From: Spirochaetia bacterium
Lineage (GTDB): Bacteria; Spirochaetota; Spirochaetia; DSM-2461
Length of the DNA: 64,000 bases
NCBI GenBank assembly: GCA_963668315.1
Contig: OY764216.1
Coordinates: forward strand, 5,184,001-5,248,000
Direction: 5' to 3'
Of this stretch, positions 9,373 to 19,613 are shown piece after piece. The position numbers and the translations under genes were made by a program. Numbering within the stretch: position 1 is the stretch's first letter; every line of letters starts with the position of its first letter. Below the pieces are notes generated by a model, which saw nothing but the letters and a program-made list of their open reading frames with translations, had not been told where the DNA came from and did not search any database.

Positions 9373-10503
9373 ATGGAAAACAGCATCAAAGAATATATAG
9401 AAAACAGCCGGGACGAGTCGATCGAAAGACTGACCGCCCTGGGAAAGATTCCCGCCCCCAGCGGTGACGAAGATAAAAGGGCGGCCTACTGCCTGGACTG
9501 GTTCAAGTCCATGGGCGGGAAAAACGCCTATATCGACGAAGCGAAAAATGTCGTCTGCCCGCTTAACTGCGAGGGAAAGGACAGCATAACCGTCTTTATG
9601 GCCCATACGGATGTGGTCTTTCCCGACACCGATGAACTGCCCCTCAGGCGGGAGGAGAATTTTCTCTACGCTCCCGGGATCGGCGATGACACGGCCAATC
9701 TGATAAACCTGATGATGGGCACGAAATATCTTCTGGAAAAGAAAATCCCCCTGAAGAAGGGGCTGCTCATCGTGGCCAACTCCTGTGAGGAAGGATTGGG
9801 CAACCTGAAAGGGAGCAAACAGATTTTCAAGGATTACGGAGACAGAATTGACGAATTCTACTCCTTCGACGGCTATCTCCCCGGCTGTACCGATACTCCT
9901 GTAGGCTCCTACCGCTACCGGATTACCGCCCGGGCCCAGGGAGGCCACTCATTCGGAGACTTCGGCCGGGAAAATCCCATTGCCACCATGGCCTCACTTA
10001 TCGGTAAACTCTATGGGATAGAACCGCCGACGGAGGAACGAACCACCTATAATGTAGGCAGGATTGAGGGGGGAACCACGGTGAATTCCATCCCCCAGGA
10101 AGTCAGCGCTCTCTATGAGTTCCGCTCCCCTTCCCAGACCTGTCTGGACATCATGGAAGGGAAATATAAAAGGATTATTACCGATTTTCAGGAAAAGGGC
10201 CATAAAGTGGAAAGCGAGATACTGGGAGTCAGACCGGGCCGGGGCGAGATGGACGATGAAGCCTTCAACGCCTGGACAGAGGAAAACCTCAATGTCATCC
10301 GCAAGCACTACAAGGGAGAAGTCAAACGGACCATACAGTCAACAGATGCGAATATTCCCCTCTCCCGGGGCATCCTTGCCAACACCATCGGCACGATAAA
10401 GGGGGGCGGAGCCCATACGCGGGAAGAGTGGGTCGATCTGGACAGCCTCCCCGCGGGACTGGCCATCGTCCTGGATCTGCTCATGTTCCGGGGAGCTCTC
10501 TGA
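9373..10503 (+). CDS. M20/M25/M40 family metallopeptidase
   Basis: AHTDVV, GIGDD, CEEGLG, GGHS, STDAN, GAHTREE. Confidence 0.88.
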   Translation: MENSIKEYIENSRDESIERLTALGKIPAPSGDEDKRAAYCLDWFKSMGGKNAYIDEAKNVVCPLNCEGKDSITVFMAHTDVVFPDTDELPLRREENFLYAPGIGDDTANLINLMMGTKYLLEKKIPLKKGLLIVANSCEEGLGNLKGSKQIFKDYGDRIDEFYSFDGYLPGCTDTPVGSYRYRITARAQGGHSFGDFGRENPIATMASLIGKLYGIEPPTEERTTYNVGRIEGGTTVNSIPQEVSALYEFRSPSQTCLDIMEGKYKRIITDFQEKGHKVESEILGVRPGRGEMDDEAFNAWTEENLNVIRKHYKGEVKRTIQSTDANIPLSRGILANTIGTIKGGGAHTREEWVDLDSLPAGLAIVLDLLMFRGAL

Positions 10504-10507
10504 TCTT

Positions 10508-11716
10508 ATGGATCATTTTTCCCTCATCATTATCGGAGGCGGACCGGCCGGGCTCATGGCGGCATACTCTGCCGGTGGCCGGGATACACTTCTGATAGAG
10601 GGAGGCCCCAAAACGGGGCGGAAACTTCTTATCACCGCGGCGGGTCAGTGCAACTTTACCCACCGGGGCACCGTTCCGGAACTTCTAAAGCGTTACAACG
10701 ACAGGGAGCGGTTTCTCCGCCCCGCCCTCTTCTCCTTCACCAACGACGATGCGGTCCGCTTCTTTGAAGAGAGAGGAGTTCCCTCCTTTACCGATGGGGC
10801 GGGTCGTGTTCTGCCCCGTTCACTCGCGGCCCGGGATATTCTTCACAACCTTAACGAAGCAGCCCGGGAAAGGGGAACCCGATTCCACCTGAACGACCGG
10901 GTACTGCGGGTGGAGAGGGAGGAAGAAAACTTCCGGGTTATCACGAAGCTGCGGAATTTCACCTGCGAAAGGCTGATTATCGCCACGGGGGGGAAGTCCT
11001 TTCCAAAAACGGGCTCTTCGGGAGACGGTTACCGCCTTGCCGCGGAGCTCGGACATAGTATAATACCGCCCCATCCGGCTCTCACGGGGATAGAATCGGA
11101 CGATTTCCTCCTTACCCCTTTGGCGGGGCTCTCCTTTGAGGACAGGGAGATGGAACTCTATCGGGAGGGGAAGCTGCACAGCCGTTACCGGGGCAATCTT
11201 CTCATCACCCATAAAGGGCTCTCCGGACCGGTAATCATCAATAACAGCCGGGATATGAAGGAGGGGGATGAGATTCGAATAAATTTCACCGGCCGCTCCC
11301 GGGAAGAGCTCAACCTGCTATGGAGCGAACAGGCATCAAAGGACGGAACAAAACAGCTGGGAAGTTTTCTGAAATCCCTGTCCCTCCCCCGCAATCTTAT
11401 CCCATCGCTCCTGGGGGAGATTCCTGCCGGAAAAAACCTGTCCCAGGTTACGAAAAAGGAAAGGACGCGCCTCCTGGCTGATCTCTCCTCCTACCGGGTA
11501 AGTCTGGACCGGCTGCAGGGATGGACTACGGCCATGGTCACGGCGGGCGGTGTCGACACCAAGGAGATCAATCCCAAAACGATGGAATCCCGCCGGGTGG
11601 AAGGACTCTACTTTGCGGGGGAAGTGCTTGATGTGGACGGAGACTCGGGGGGATACAATGTGCAGGCTGCCTTCTCCACCGGCTTCCTGGCGGGGCAGTC
11701 ATCCTTGAACAAGTAG
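10508..11716 (+). CDS. HI0933/BaiN-like NAD(P)/FAD-dependent flavoprotein
   Basis: IGGGPAG, GRKLLIT..G.CNFT, ATGGKSFP..GSSGDGY, VTAGGV, GGYNVQAAFSTG. Confidence 0.92.
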   Translation: MDHFSLIIIGGGPAGLMAAYSAGGRDTLLIEGGPKTGRKLLITAAGQCNFTHRGTVPELLKRYNDRERFLRPALFSFTNDDAVRFFEERGVPSFTDGAGRVLPRSLAARDILHNLNEAARERGTRFHLNDRVLRVEREEENFRVITKLRNFTCERLIIATGGKSFPKTGSSGDGYRLAAELGHSIIPPHPALTGIESDDFLLTPLAGLSFEDREMELYREGKLHSRYRGNLLITHKGLSGPVIINNSRDMKEGDEIRINFTGRSREELNLLWSEQASKDGTKQLGSFLKSLSLPRNLIPSLLGEIPAGKNLSQVTKKERTRLLADLSSYRVSLDRLQGWTTAMVTAGGVDTKEINPKTMESRRVEGLYFAGEVLDVDGDSGGYNVQAAFSTGFLAGQSSLNK

Positions 11717-11720
11717 AAAA

Positions 11721-12488
11721 TTACAGGAAAAGCCGGACCGTTCCCGCCGCCGTGGCCACCAGTACGAAATACCGAAAGGGTCTGTCGGGGATGATCTTGA
11801 CAATAAAAAATCCCACATTAATCCCCAGAAAAATAAAAGGCGCCAGTGTCAGGGAGAAAACAAGTGTGTCGGCTCTCATGGTTCCCCAGAAAAAGATATG
11901 AACCGGCAGCTTCAGTACGTTGACGATAAAAAAGAAAACCGCGCCCGTGCCTATGAAAATCGTCTTGGGAAGATCCAGAGCCAGCAGATAGGCGGCCATA
12001 ATCGGTCCTGCCGCATTGCCGATCATGGTGGAGAGTCCTCCCAGAAGCCCCGCTCCCGAATGGGCGGCCCAGTGATCGGGCAGATGCAGCTCGCTTCCCT
12101 TTATCTCTTTATACACCATTAAGATGAGGCACAGGGAAACAATACAGGCCAGAAACAGAGTAAACATGCGGTCCGGCATATAATTGCCCAGAAACATACC
12201 GGCTACAATCCCGACCAGGGTCATGGGCAGCATCTTTTTCAGATAGGAAAAAGCTACCTTGTTCCTGTAAATGACAAGGGCGCAGACATCGCCGACCAGA
12301 AGAAGGGGAAGAAGTACTCCCGTAGACATGCGGGCACCGAGAATCCCTGCGTACAGGGGCACGGCGATAATACCGATACCGCGCAGGCCCGCTTTGTCCA
12401 TGCCGATTAGAAGAGACCCGAAAGCCAAAACGATCCATTGCCAGAGTGTGGGAGAACCGGGAAGACCGGCCAGGAACTGATAAAACAT
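11721..12488 (-). CDS. TauE/SafE (TSUP) family membrane transporter
   Basis: About 8 TM segments, GMDKAG, STMIGNAAGP. Confidence 0.85.
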   Translation of the reverse strand: MFYQFLAGLPGSPTLWQWIVLAFGSLLIGMDKAGLRGIGIIAVPLYAGILGARMSTGVLLPLLLVGDVCALVIYRNKVAFSYLKKMLPMTLVGIVAGMFLGNYMPDRMFTLFLACIVSLCLILMVYKEIKGSELHLPDHWAAHSGAGLLGGLSTMIGNAAGPIMAAYLLALDLPKTIFIGTGAVFFFIVNVLKLPVHIFFWGTMRADTLVFSLTLAPFIFLGINVGFFIVKIIPDRPFRYFVLVATAAGTVRLFL

Positions 12489-12596
12489 AAAACAAGTATA
12501 TACGGGAATACTCGTTGTGCCTATTCATTAGTTCATGATAATCTTTGGAAGGATTCTCTCTTGATTAACATATTCCCGGGGCAGGAAACCACGACT

Positions 12597-13379
12597 ATGA
12601 AAGAAAATATACTATTAGGGATGCCAACCCTTATCGAACTGGGATCGCTTCAGAAGAATATTGAATTCTGCAGATCGATGAGATTTGACCTTCTGGAACT
12701 GAATATGAACCTCCCCTCTCTTCAGCTTGAAACTCTTAAAACCGCCGAGCTTCCCGGAGATTTACAGTACTCCCTCCACCTGCCCGAAGAACTGAATGTA
12801 TGGGATTTCAACAGTAAAGTCAGAAAGGCCTATTCTGATACCGTGCTGGAAGCCATAGAAATCGCCGCATTAAAAAATATCACCATTCTCAACATGCATA
12901 TGAACCGGGGAGTCTATTTTACTCTTCCCCACAAGAAAATTTTCCTTTTTGAAGAGAATCAAAGATTCTTTGAAGACATGACGGGAGAGTTCCGCCACCT
13001 TATCCAAAGAGCTCTCAAAGGCACAGATATAAAAATCTATATAGAGAATACGGGAATTCTGGATATACCGTTTATCCGCCATGCCGTTTCAAGCCTTATA
13101 GAAAGCGAGTCGTTCCTATTAACATGGGATGTCGGCCATGATGCCTCCAGCGGATTCAGGGATCTGAGTTTCTACCAGTCCCACCTATCCCGAATTAAGC
13201 ACATGCACCTTCATGACTATCTGGGGGCAAAGAATCATCTGCCCCTGGGGGAAGGAAACCTAAAAGCAAGGGAGATCCTGGAGATTTCGGGAGATTCCCT
13301 GGACTCAATAATCCTGGAAACGAAGACCTGCGAGGGGTTGAAGAAATCGTTGGAGTATTTCAGGGAGATTTGTCCCTAG
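12597..13379 (+). CDS. Sugar-phosphate isomerase/epimerase (xylose isomerase-like TIM barrel)
   Basis: IEN, WDVGH, HMHLHD, HLPLGEG, ILE metal ligands; start taken as MKENIL. Confidence 0.8.
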   Translation: MKENILLGMPTLIELGSLQKNIEFCRSMRFDLLELNMNLPSLQLETLKTAELPGDLQYSLHLPEELNVWDFNSKVRKAYSDTVLEAIEIAALKNITILNMHMNRGVYFTLPHKKIFLFEENQRFFEDMTGEFRHLIQRALKGTDIKIYIENTGILDIPFIRHAVSSLIESESFLLTWDVGHDASSGFRDLSFYQSHLSRIKHMHLHDYLGAKNHLPLGEGNLKAREILEISGDSLDSIILETKTCEGLKKSLEYFREICP

Positions 13380-13458
13380 GGTTACAAAACTGTCAGGCTC
13401 AATTCCCCCATCATCCCTTCACATAATATGTAAATAGTTATATTCTCATAGTTGTCGA

Positions 13459-14559
13459 ATGTTTATTCATCAATTGTATAAAAAGAAAAAAATGTCAAAA
13501 TTCAATGAGAATTCCTATTTTCTGCAAAAACTGGAAAACAATCTATTCGTTTACAAAAAAATCCTTATCCTCCTTGGGATAAGTTCCCTGATTTTTCTGG
13601 TTAGAAATATCCTTTTCTTTCTGGGCATAGATAAGCTTTCTCCCTTTTACCTTTCTGTCTATCTGGCAGGGCTTCTGGTTACCCTGTCCACCTACCTGAT
13701 ACTCCCCGCCCTCTATAAGAGATCGGAGAAGGGGACGGCCTACATCTTTCTCCTGGGTTCCTGCGGCACCCTGTTTATCCTGTTCGTTATCCTGTCCTTT
13801 CTGGATTCCGCCTTCATAAATGACACCGATCTGACGGCCTACTGCATGGGGCTTCTCCTCGTGGGATTCATGCTCAGGATCGACTATCGGATTTCCGCAG
13901 TGATCTGCTCGGCGGGGATAGTCCTTTTCCTGTCCTTGATGACTCTTTTTACGACCTATGAGGTCACGTTCCAGTCGGTTCTGCCCCTCTTGGCGATAAA
14001 CACTCTCGCTGTCTATTTCTCCTACATCAGGGAAGATTTTTTCCATAATGTGTACAGGGATAAACAGTTTATAGAGGAAGAAGCCATGCAGGACAGCCTG
14101 ACGGAAACCTATAACCGGCGCTATATGGAAAAGGAACTGAACCGTTATATCGAACGCAAAAAAGAGCAGGATCTTCCTTTCAGCTGCCTCTTTATCGACA
14201 TCGATTTTTTCAAGAAAATCAACGATGAATACGGCCATGCCTCCGGGGACAACGTGCTCAGGCAGTTTGCCTCCATTCTGAGAAAAGGGGTAAGGACCTC
14301 GGACAGGGTCATCCGTTACGGCGGGGAGGAATTCGTGGTAATCCTTGCCGATACGGACCTGCCCCGCGCCCGGGAGACGGCGGAGCGTTTTCGAAAGCAG
14401 ATAGAAACGACGCGCTTCTCCTCCCTCACCGAAGGCATTACGGCCAGTTTCGGGATAGCCCAGGCGACGGCGGAAGACACTGCCGATTCCCTCATACAAC
14501 GGGCAGACAACTATCTTTACCAGGCAAAGAAAGAAGGCAGGAACCGCTGCTGCGGATAA
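13459..14559 (+). CDS. Membrane-bound GGDEF diguanylate cyclase
   Basis: About 6 TM segments; DSLT..YNRR, DIDFFKKIND.YGH..GD, RTSD I-site, RYGGEEF; start could be the later ATG at 13492. Confidence 0.92.
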   Translation: MFIHQLYKKKKMSKFNENSYFLQKLENNLFVYKKILILLGISSLIFLVRNILFFLGIDKLSPFYLSVYLAGLLVTLSTYLILPALYKRSEKGTAYIFLLGSCGTLFILFVILSFLDSAFINDTDLTAYCMGLLLVGFMLRIDYRISAVICSAGIVLFLSLMTLFTTYEVTFQSVLPLLAINTLAVYFSYIREDFFHNVYRDKQFIEEEAMQDSLTETYNRRYMEKELNRYIERKKEQDLPFSCLFIDIDFFKKINDEYGHASGDNVLRQFASILRKGVRTSDRVIRYGGEEFVVILADTDLPRARETAERFRKQIETTRFSSLTEGITASFGIAQATAEDTADSLIQRADNYLYQAKKEGRNRCCG

Positions 14560-14595
14560 AAAAACCGCCCCCCGGGAGGAGGACGGTAAAAAAAA
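14557..14595. terminator. Terminator between the convergent DGC and araA genes
   Basis: ACCGCCCCCC-GGGA-GGAGGACGGT imperfect stem flanked by A runs. Confidence 0.6.
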
Positions 14596-14608
14596 TTAAA
14601 GGAGGTTT

Positions 14609-16120
14609 TTAATTCCAGCTTTTGGGTCCGTAGAAAACTTCATTCCAGCGCAGTTCGCTCCGGAACTGTTCCAGTTTGGTATCTTCATCAATAACGACCA
14701 TCTCCATACCGACGATATCGGCATAAGTCCTGAGCTGATCCACCGTCACGGCCTGTGAGAAATTGGAGTGGTGAGCGGCGCCGGCATAGATCCAGGCGGC
14801 GGCCCCCACTTTCAGGTCGGGCATGGGTTTCCACAGGGCGCGGGCCACGGGCAGTTTCGGGAACTGGGCGGGCGGATCGAGAACATTCACCTTGTTGACG
14901 ACAAGGCGGAACCGGTTCCCCAGATCGATAAGCGACGCGTTCAGGGCGGCTCCGGCGGGCACGTTGAATACCAATCGGGCCGGATCGTCCTTTCCGCCGA
15001 TTCCCAGGGGATGGCACTCCATGGTCACCGGCAGATCCCCGGCGATGGAGGGGCAGACTTCCAGCATATGGGCTCCCAGGCAGAGGGATTCCTTGCCGTC
15101 GAAATGGTAGGTGTAGTCCTCCATGAAAGAAGTGGCACCGGGTAGTCCCGCCCCCATCACTTTCATCGTCCTCAGGAAAGCCGCCGTCTTCCAGTCGCCC
15201 TCGGCGCCGAATCCGTAACCCTTGGCCATCAGCCCCTGACCGGCCAGACCGGGAAGCTGCTTCAGCCCGTAAAGGTTCTCGAAAGTCGTGGTGAAGGCCT
15301 TGAAACCTCCCTCTTCCATAAAGGCGGTGATACCCAGCTCAATCTGTACGGCGTCCATGAGGTTCTGATACTTGTCTCCGCCGGGCCTGACGTTATCGGC
15401 CATGGAAACGAAGGAGGCGTACTCGTCGATCCGGGCCTTGATCTGGGCCTCGGTCACCCCGTCCACAAAGGGAAGCAGATCGCCGATACCGTATCCGGAT
15501 ACCTCGTAACCCAGCTCAATCTGGGCGCCCACCTTATTTCCTTCGGTTACGGCCACTTCGCGCATATTGTCACCGAAGCGGCACACCTTCATGCCCTGAG
15601 CATCGGCCCAGGCCACGGCCACGCGGGCCCAGAGACCCAGTTCGCCCCGCACTTCCGGATCTTCCCAGTGACCGACAATCACCTTTCTGTCCAGCCTCAT
15701 GCGGCCGTTGATAAAACCGAACTCCCGGCCGCCGTGGGCCGACTGGTTCAGGTTCATGAAATCCATATCGATGGTGGCGTAGGGCAGAGCGCTTCCGAAC
15801 TGCGTATGGAGATGGCAGTAGGGCTTATTCAGCGCTCCCAGTCCCCGGATCCACATCTTGGCGGGAGAAAAGGTGTGCATCCACAGCACCAGACCGGCGC
15901 ATTTGTCATCGCTGTTGGCGTCGCGGCAGACGGCGTAAACCTCTTCCGACGTGGTGACGACCTGCTTGAAAACCAGCTTGACCGGCATCTTGGAATCGCT
16001 GTCCAGACCGGCCACGATTTTTCTGGAATTGTCCGCCACCTGTCTCAGCGTGTCTTCGCCGTACAGATGCTGACTTCCCGTAACAAACCAAATCTCGTAA
16101 TCCTTAAAAATTTCCGTCAT
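14609..16120 (-). CDS. araA: L-arabinose isomerase
   Basis: [42 protein letters not shown]. Confidence 0.97.
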   Translation of the reverse strand: MTEIFKDYEIWFVTGSQHLYGEDTLRQVADNSRKIVAGLDSDSKMPVKLVFKQVVTTSEEVYAVCRDANSDDKCAGLVLWMHTFSPAKMWIRGLGALNKPYCHLHTQFGSALPYATIDMDFMNLNQSAHGGREFGFINGRMRLDRKVIVGHWEDPEVRGELGLWARVAVAWADAQGMKVCRFGDNMREVAVTEGNKVGAQIELGYEVSGYGIGDLLPFVDGVTEAQIKARIDEYASFVSMADNVRPGGDKYQNLMDAVQIELGITAFMEEGGFKAFTTTFENLYGLKQLPGLAGQGLMAKGYGFGAEGDWKTAAFLRTMKVMGAGLPGATSFMEDYTYHFDGKESLCLGAHMLEVCPSIAGDLPVTMECHPLGIGGKDDPARLVFNVPAGAALNASLIDLGNRFRLVVNKVNVLDPPAQFPKLPVARALWKPMPDLKVGAAAWIYAGAAHHSNFSQAVTVDQLRTYADIVGMEMVVIDEDTKLEQFRSELRWNEVFYGPKSWN

Positions 16121-16158
16121 GTTTTTCTCCTTTTCACATCAAAAAAACAGGGCCAGGC

Positions 16159-16230
16159 GGGCGGCCCGCGCCTTTGGCGCGGCCGGGCTTTCCGCTCGAA
16201 TGCCCACCGGGCATAACCGCTTCAATCCCT
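16159..16230 (-). ncRNA. Structured intergenic element, Flavo-1-like (copy 1)
   Basis: AGGGATTGAAGCGG...GAGCGGAAAGCCCGGCC-hairpin-GGGCCGCCC; shares these blocks with 45358-45471. Confidence 0.55.
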
Positions 16231-16247
16231 GCCGCATGGGCACTATT

Positions 16248-16943
16248 CTAATTTTGTCCGTAATAGGCATTTTTCCCGTGTTTGCGGAAGTAATGCTTGT
16301 CGCACAGGGTCTTCTTGAGCCGGGGCGTCTCCGGGTTAATCTGTTCGGTAAGAACGGCCATTTTCGCCACCTCTTCCAGAACCACGCCGTTGTATACCGC
16401 CTTCGACTCATCCTTGCCCCAGGCGAAGGGTCCGTGGCAGGCGACCAGCACCATCTCCACCTCTTCGGGATTCAGACCGGCAAAGGCTTCCACAATCTGG
16501 TTCCCCGTCTCCGTCTCGTAATCGTTCACGATCTGGTCATCCCGCATCACCTCCGTGCAGGGGATATCCACAGCCAGATGATCGGCATGGGTGGTCCCGT
16601 AGATGGGCAGGGGCCGGCAGGCCTGAGACCAGGCGGTGGCGTAGGTGGAATGGGTATGAATAATGCCTCCGACGCTTTTAAAAGCCTTGTAAAGCACAAG
16701 ATGGGTGTTCGTGTCGGAAGAGGGTCTGAGCGTACCCTCCACCACGTTCCCGTCCATATCGGTCACCACGATATCGGCGGGGGTCAGTTTGTCATAGGCG
16801 ACACCGGAAGGCTTGATGGCCATCACCCCCCTCTCCCGGTCTATGGCGCTCACATTGCCCCAGGTAAAAACGGCCAGCCGATGAGCGGGTATCTGCATAT
16901 TCGCCACATAAACCCGTTCCTTGAGATCCTCGTATTTTCCCAT
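16248..16943 (-). CDS. araD: L-ribulose-5-phosphate 4-epimerase
   Basis: TWGNVS, IKPSGV, PSSD..TH, HTHS, GTTHAD, RKHGKNAYYGQ. Confidence 0.96.
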   Translation of the reverse strand: MGKYEDLKERVYVANMQIPAHRLAVFTWGNVSAIDRERGVMAIKPSGVAYDKLTPADIVVTDMDGNVVEGTLRPSSDTNTHLVLYKAFKSVGGIIHTHSTYATAWSQACRPLPIYGTTHADHLAVDIPCTEVMRDDQIVNDYETETGNQIVEAFAGLNPEEVEMVLVACHGPFAWGKDESKAVYNGVVLEEVAKMAVLTEQINPETPRLKKTLCDKHYFRKHGKNAYYGQN

Positions 16944-16967
16944 GTATATCCTCCTGCCCCTTGCGGG

Positions 16968-17975
16968 TTAATCGGGTAAATTTTCCTTTGTTATTATCTG
17001 AGAAGCCAAAATCAGATCGCCCGGATTGTTCTCCCCCAGCATCAGGCAGCGGTACAGCAGCCTGACCGCCTGGAACCCCTGTTCCCGGGGCTGCTGGGTC
17101 AGAATGAAATCGATGGCCCCCGAAAGGACGCCTTTCCTGTTTTCATCCACCAGGTCGAAACCGATGAGGGGAACGGAGAGCAAATCCTTCTCGGTCAGAT
17201 AATCCGCCACATAATGGGCCGACGCATCCACCACATAGATGCCGCCGAGCCCCTCATGGATAACCCCGTCCAGGGAGGCGTAGAATTCCCCTCTGTCATG
17301 AAAAGCCTCTATGCCCGTGGTAAGAAGAACCGCTTCCCGGTCCACTCCGGAACGGAATCCGGCGATTCTCTCGGTAAGGTGATAATTTTCCGTCTCCGGG
17401 GCCAGAATGAGGAAATGATCCTCCCTCCCCGCGGCGAGAAGATTCATCAATTTGGCCGCCAGGACCCCACCCGAGCGGGAATCCTGCCCTACATAGGCGA
17501 TTCTGTCCGAATCCCTGATATCCGTATCGATAAAAATGAAGGGAACCTGCTTTTCCCGGAAGAGACAGGAGAAATCCTCGTTTCTCAGGGGGGACATAAT
17601 CATGCCGTCACATTCGAATTCGAGGGCCCGTTTTACCGCTTCCCTGCAGGAAGCGCGGTCATAACGGTCGAAGTGAAAATACTCCAGAGATACGCCGTAG
17701 GGGCTGAGCGCCGCCAGTGCCTCGTCCATTCCCGCCTTGGGAAGGGCCCAGTAGCTGCTGTCCTGTTCGGGATAGGGGATCAGGACGGCGAGGCGGCATG
17801 TCTGGGAGATGGAAAGATTCCGGGCCAGAAGATTCGGCTCATAGCCGAGTTCCTTCACCGCAGCATAGACCCTTTCAGCCGTATCGGCGCTGAATCGTCC
17901 CCGCTTATGGAGAATACGATCAACCGTTCCGGTGGATACACCGGCTAATTTCGCTACGTCCTTAATTGTCGCCAA
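16968..17975 (-). CDS. LacI-family transcriptional regulator
   Basis: TIKDVAKLAGVSTGTVDR HTH plus periplasmic-binding domain; likely TTG start at 17975 after GGAGG. Confidence 0.9.
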   Translation of the reverse strand: MATIKDVAKLAGVSTGTVDRILHKRGRFSADTAERVYAAVKELGYEPNLLARNLSISQTCRLAVLIPYPEQDSSYWALPKAGMDEALAALSPYGVSLEYFHFDRYDRASCREAVKRALEFECDGMIMSPLRNEDFSCLFREKQVPFIFIDTDIRDSDRIAYVGQDSRSGGVLAAKLMNLLAAGREDHFLILAPETENYHLTERIAGFRSGVDREAVLLTTGIEAFHDRGEFYASLDGVIHEGLGGIYVVDASAHYVADYLTEKDLLSVPLIGFDLVDENRKGVLSGAIDFILTQQPREQGFQAVRLLYRCLMLGENNPGDLILASQIITKENLPD

Positions 17976-17991
17976 ACAAACATCCTCCACC

Positions 17992-18029
17992 GCGGTACCG
18001 TACACGCCTTAATGCGTTACCGTTCACGC
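17992..18029. promoter_or_regulatory. Two tandem pseudo-palindromic LacI-type operator candidates
   Basis: GCGGTACCGTACACGC (17992-18007) and GCGTTACCGTTCACGC (18014-18029), 14/16 identical, 22 bp apart. Confidence 0.65.
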
Positions 18030-18214
18030 ATAAATCAATCTTACTCCTTAAATCTGAAAATTGTCAAGGAGAAAGTTTTCCCTTTCTCCCGCGGCCCCTT
18101 GTCTCAGACAAGAAGAAAATGGGAAAATTATTTAGTTTGTTTTGCCTATTTTTATTGACTAATCCTATTTTTATGATTATTCTTTTCCCATCATAAATAA
18201 ACAAGGAGAATAAA

Positions 18215-18814
18215 ATGAGTGTATTAGTTGCGAGAAAAGCACCTGATTTTACAGCGCCCGCCGTAATGCCGGACGGTACAATAAATGAATCTTTTTCCCT
18301 TTCCGACCATGACGGAGAGTACAGAGTGGTCTTCTTCTGGCCCCTGGACTTCACTTTTGTCTGCCCATCGGAAATCATCGCCCACGATAAGAGGCTGGAG
18401 CAGTTCAAAGAGAGGGGCGTCCAGGTAATCGGCATATCCATCGATTCGCAGTTCACCCACTTCGCCTGGAAGAACACACCGGTAAACGAAGGAGGAATCG
18501 GTCCCGTTCAGTTTCCCGTCGTCTCCGATGTAACCCATGAAATAACGAAGAATTACGGGATAGAGCACCCCGACGGAGTGGCCATGAGAGCGTCTTTCCT
18601 GATCGATAAGGACGGAGTCGTCCAGCACCAGGTGGTCAACAATCTACCCCTGGGCCGGAACGTGGATGAAATGCTCCGTGTTGTCGATGCCCTGCAGCAC
18701 ACCGAAAAGTACGGTGAAGTCTGCCCGGCAGGCTGGAATAAGGGTGATGAGGCGATGAAAGCCTCCACCGACGGCGTGGCCGACTATCTTGCCAATCACG
18801 CGGTTAATTTATAG
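18215..18814 (+). CDS. ahpC: Typical 2-Cys peroxiredoxin
   Basis: PLDFTFVCPSE and EVCPAGW. Confidence 0.95.
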   Translation: MSVLVARKAPDFTAPAVMPDGTINESFSLSDHDGEYRVVFFWPLDFTFVCPSEIIAHDKRLEQFKERGVQVIGISIDSQFTHFAWKNTPVNEGGIGPVQFPVVSDVTHEITKNYGIEHPDGVAMRASFLIDKDGVVQHQVVNNLPLGRNVDEMLRVVDALQHTEKYGEVCPAGWNKGDEAMKASTDGVADYLANHAVNL

Positions 18815-18819
18815 AAAAT

Positions 18820-18845
18820 GCCCCTCCGAATAGGGGGGCTTTTTT
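18820..18845 (+). terminator. Rho-independent terminator of ahpC
   Basis: GCCCCTCC-GAATA-GGGGGGC followed by TTTTTT. Confidence 0.75.
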
Positions 18846-18863
18846 AACGTTCAGAGAAAAGCT

Positions 18864-19601
18864 TTATTCCGTCATGGGGATTCCCGCCTCAATAAAGCGG
18901 CGCCGGGTAATCTCCATGAACTCCCTCGATGGTATGGGAGTATCGCCGAGACGATAGGGAAGTCCTTCCTGCCCCCATTTTTCCTCCCCCATCTTATGAA
19001 AGGGAAGCAGTTCAAATCGCTTGAGAGAGGGAATCTCCTTAAGCAGGGAGAGAAGTGCATTCAGATCCTCCTCTCCGTCGGTCAGCCCGGGAACAACCAC
19101 GTGTCTGATCCACATATCCTTATTTATCTTCTTCAGATAATCCAGAATTTCCCTGTTCCTGTCGGGAAGCTGGCCGGTCACCCTTTTATTTAGTCCGGCA
19201 GAAGCCGCCTTGATATCCAGAAGGATTAGATCCGCTTCATCCAGACACTCACGAACAGCCTCCAGGGAAGCATGTCCCGCCGTATCCAGAGCGACGGCCA
19301 TCTTCTTTTTATGGGCCCGGCGGATTATATCCAGGGTGAACTCCGGCTGAAAAAGAGGATCTCCCCCGCTCAGGGTTATCCCCCCCCCGGAAGCGTCCAT
19401 CCAGGTGCGGTACTTCCAGGCTTCGCTGACGATCTCCTCCGAGGAGACCTCGCGGCCCCCTCCCCTTTTCCAGGTATCCGGGTTATGGCAGTAAAGACAG
19501 CGGAGGGGACAGCCCTGGAGAAAGACGACGAATCGCAGTCCCGGCCCGTCCACCATGCCGCCGGTCTCTATGGAATGTATCCGGCCCTTTACCGCTGTCA
19601 T
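18864..19601 (-). CDS. pflA: Pyruvate formate-lyase activating enzyme
   Basis: DGPGLR, GCPLRCLYCHNPDTW radical-SAM motif, LLPFH. Confidence 0.95.
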   Translation of the reverse strand: MTAVKGRIHSIETGGMVDGPGLRFVVFLQGCPLRCLYCHNPDTWKRGGGREVSSEEIVSEAWKYRTWMDASGGGITLSGGDPLFQPEFTLDIIRRAHKKKMAVALDTAGHASLEAVRECLDEADLILLDIKAASAGLNKRVTGQLPDRNREILDYLKKINKDMWIRHVVVPGLTDGEEDLNALLSLLKEIPSLKRFELLPFHKMGEEKWGQEGLPYRLGDTPIPSREFMEITRRRFIEAGIPMTE

Positions 19602-19613
19602 GAATCAGCCTCC

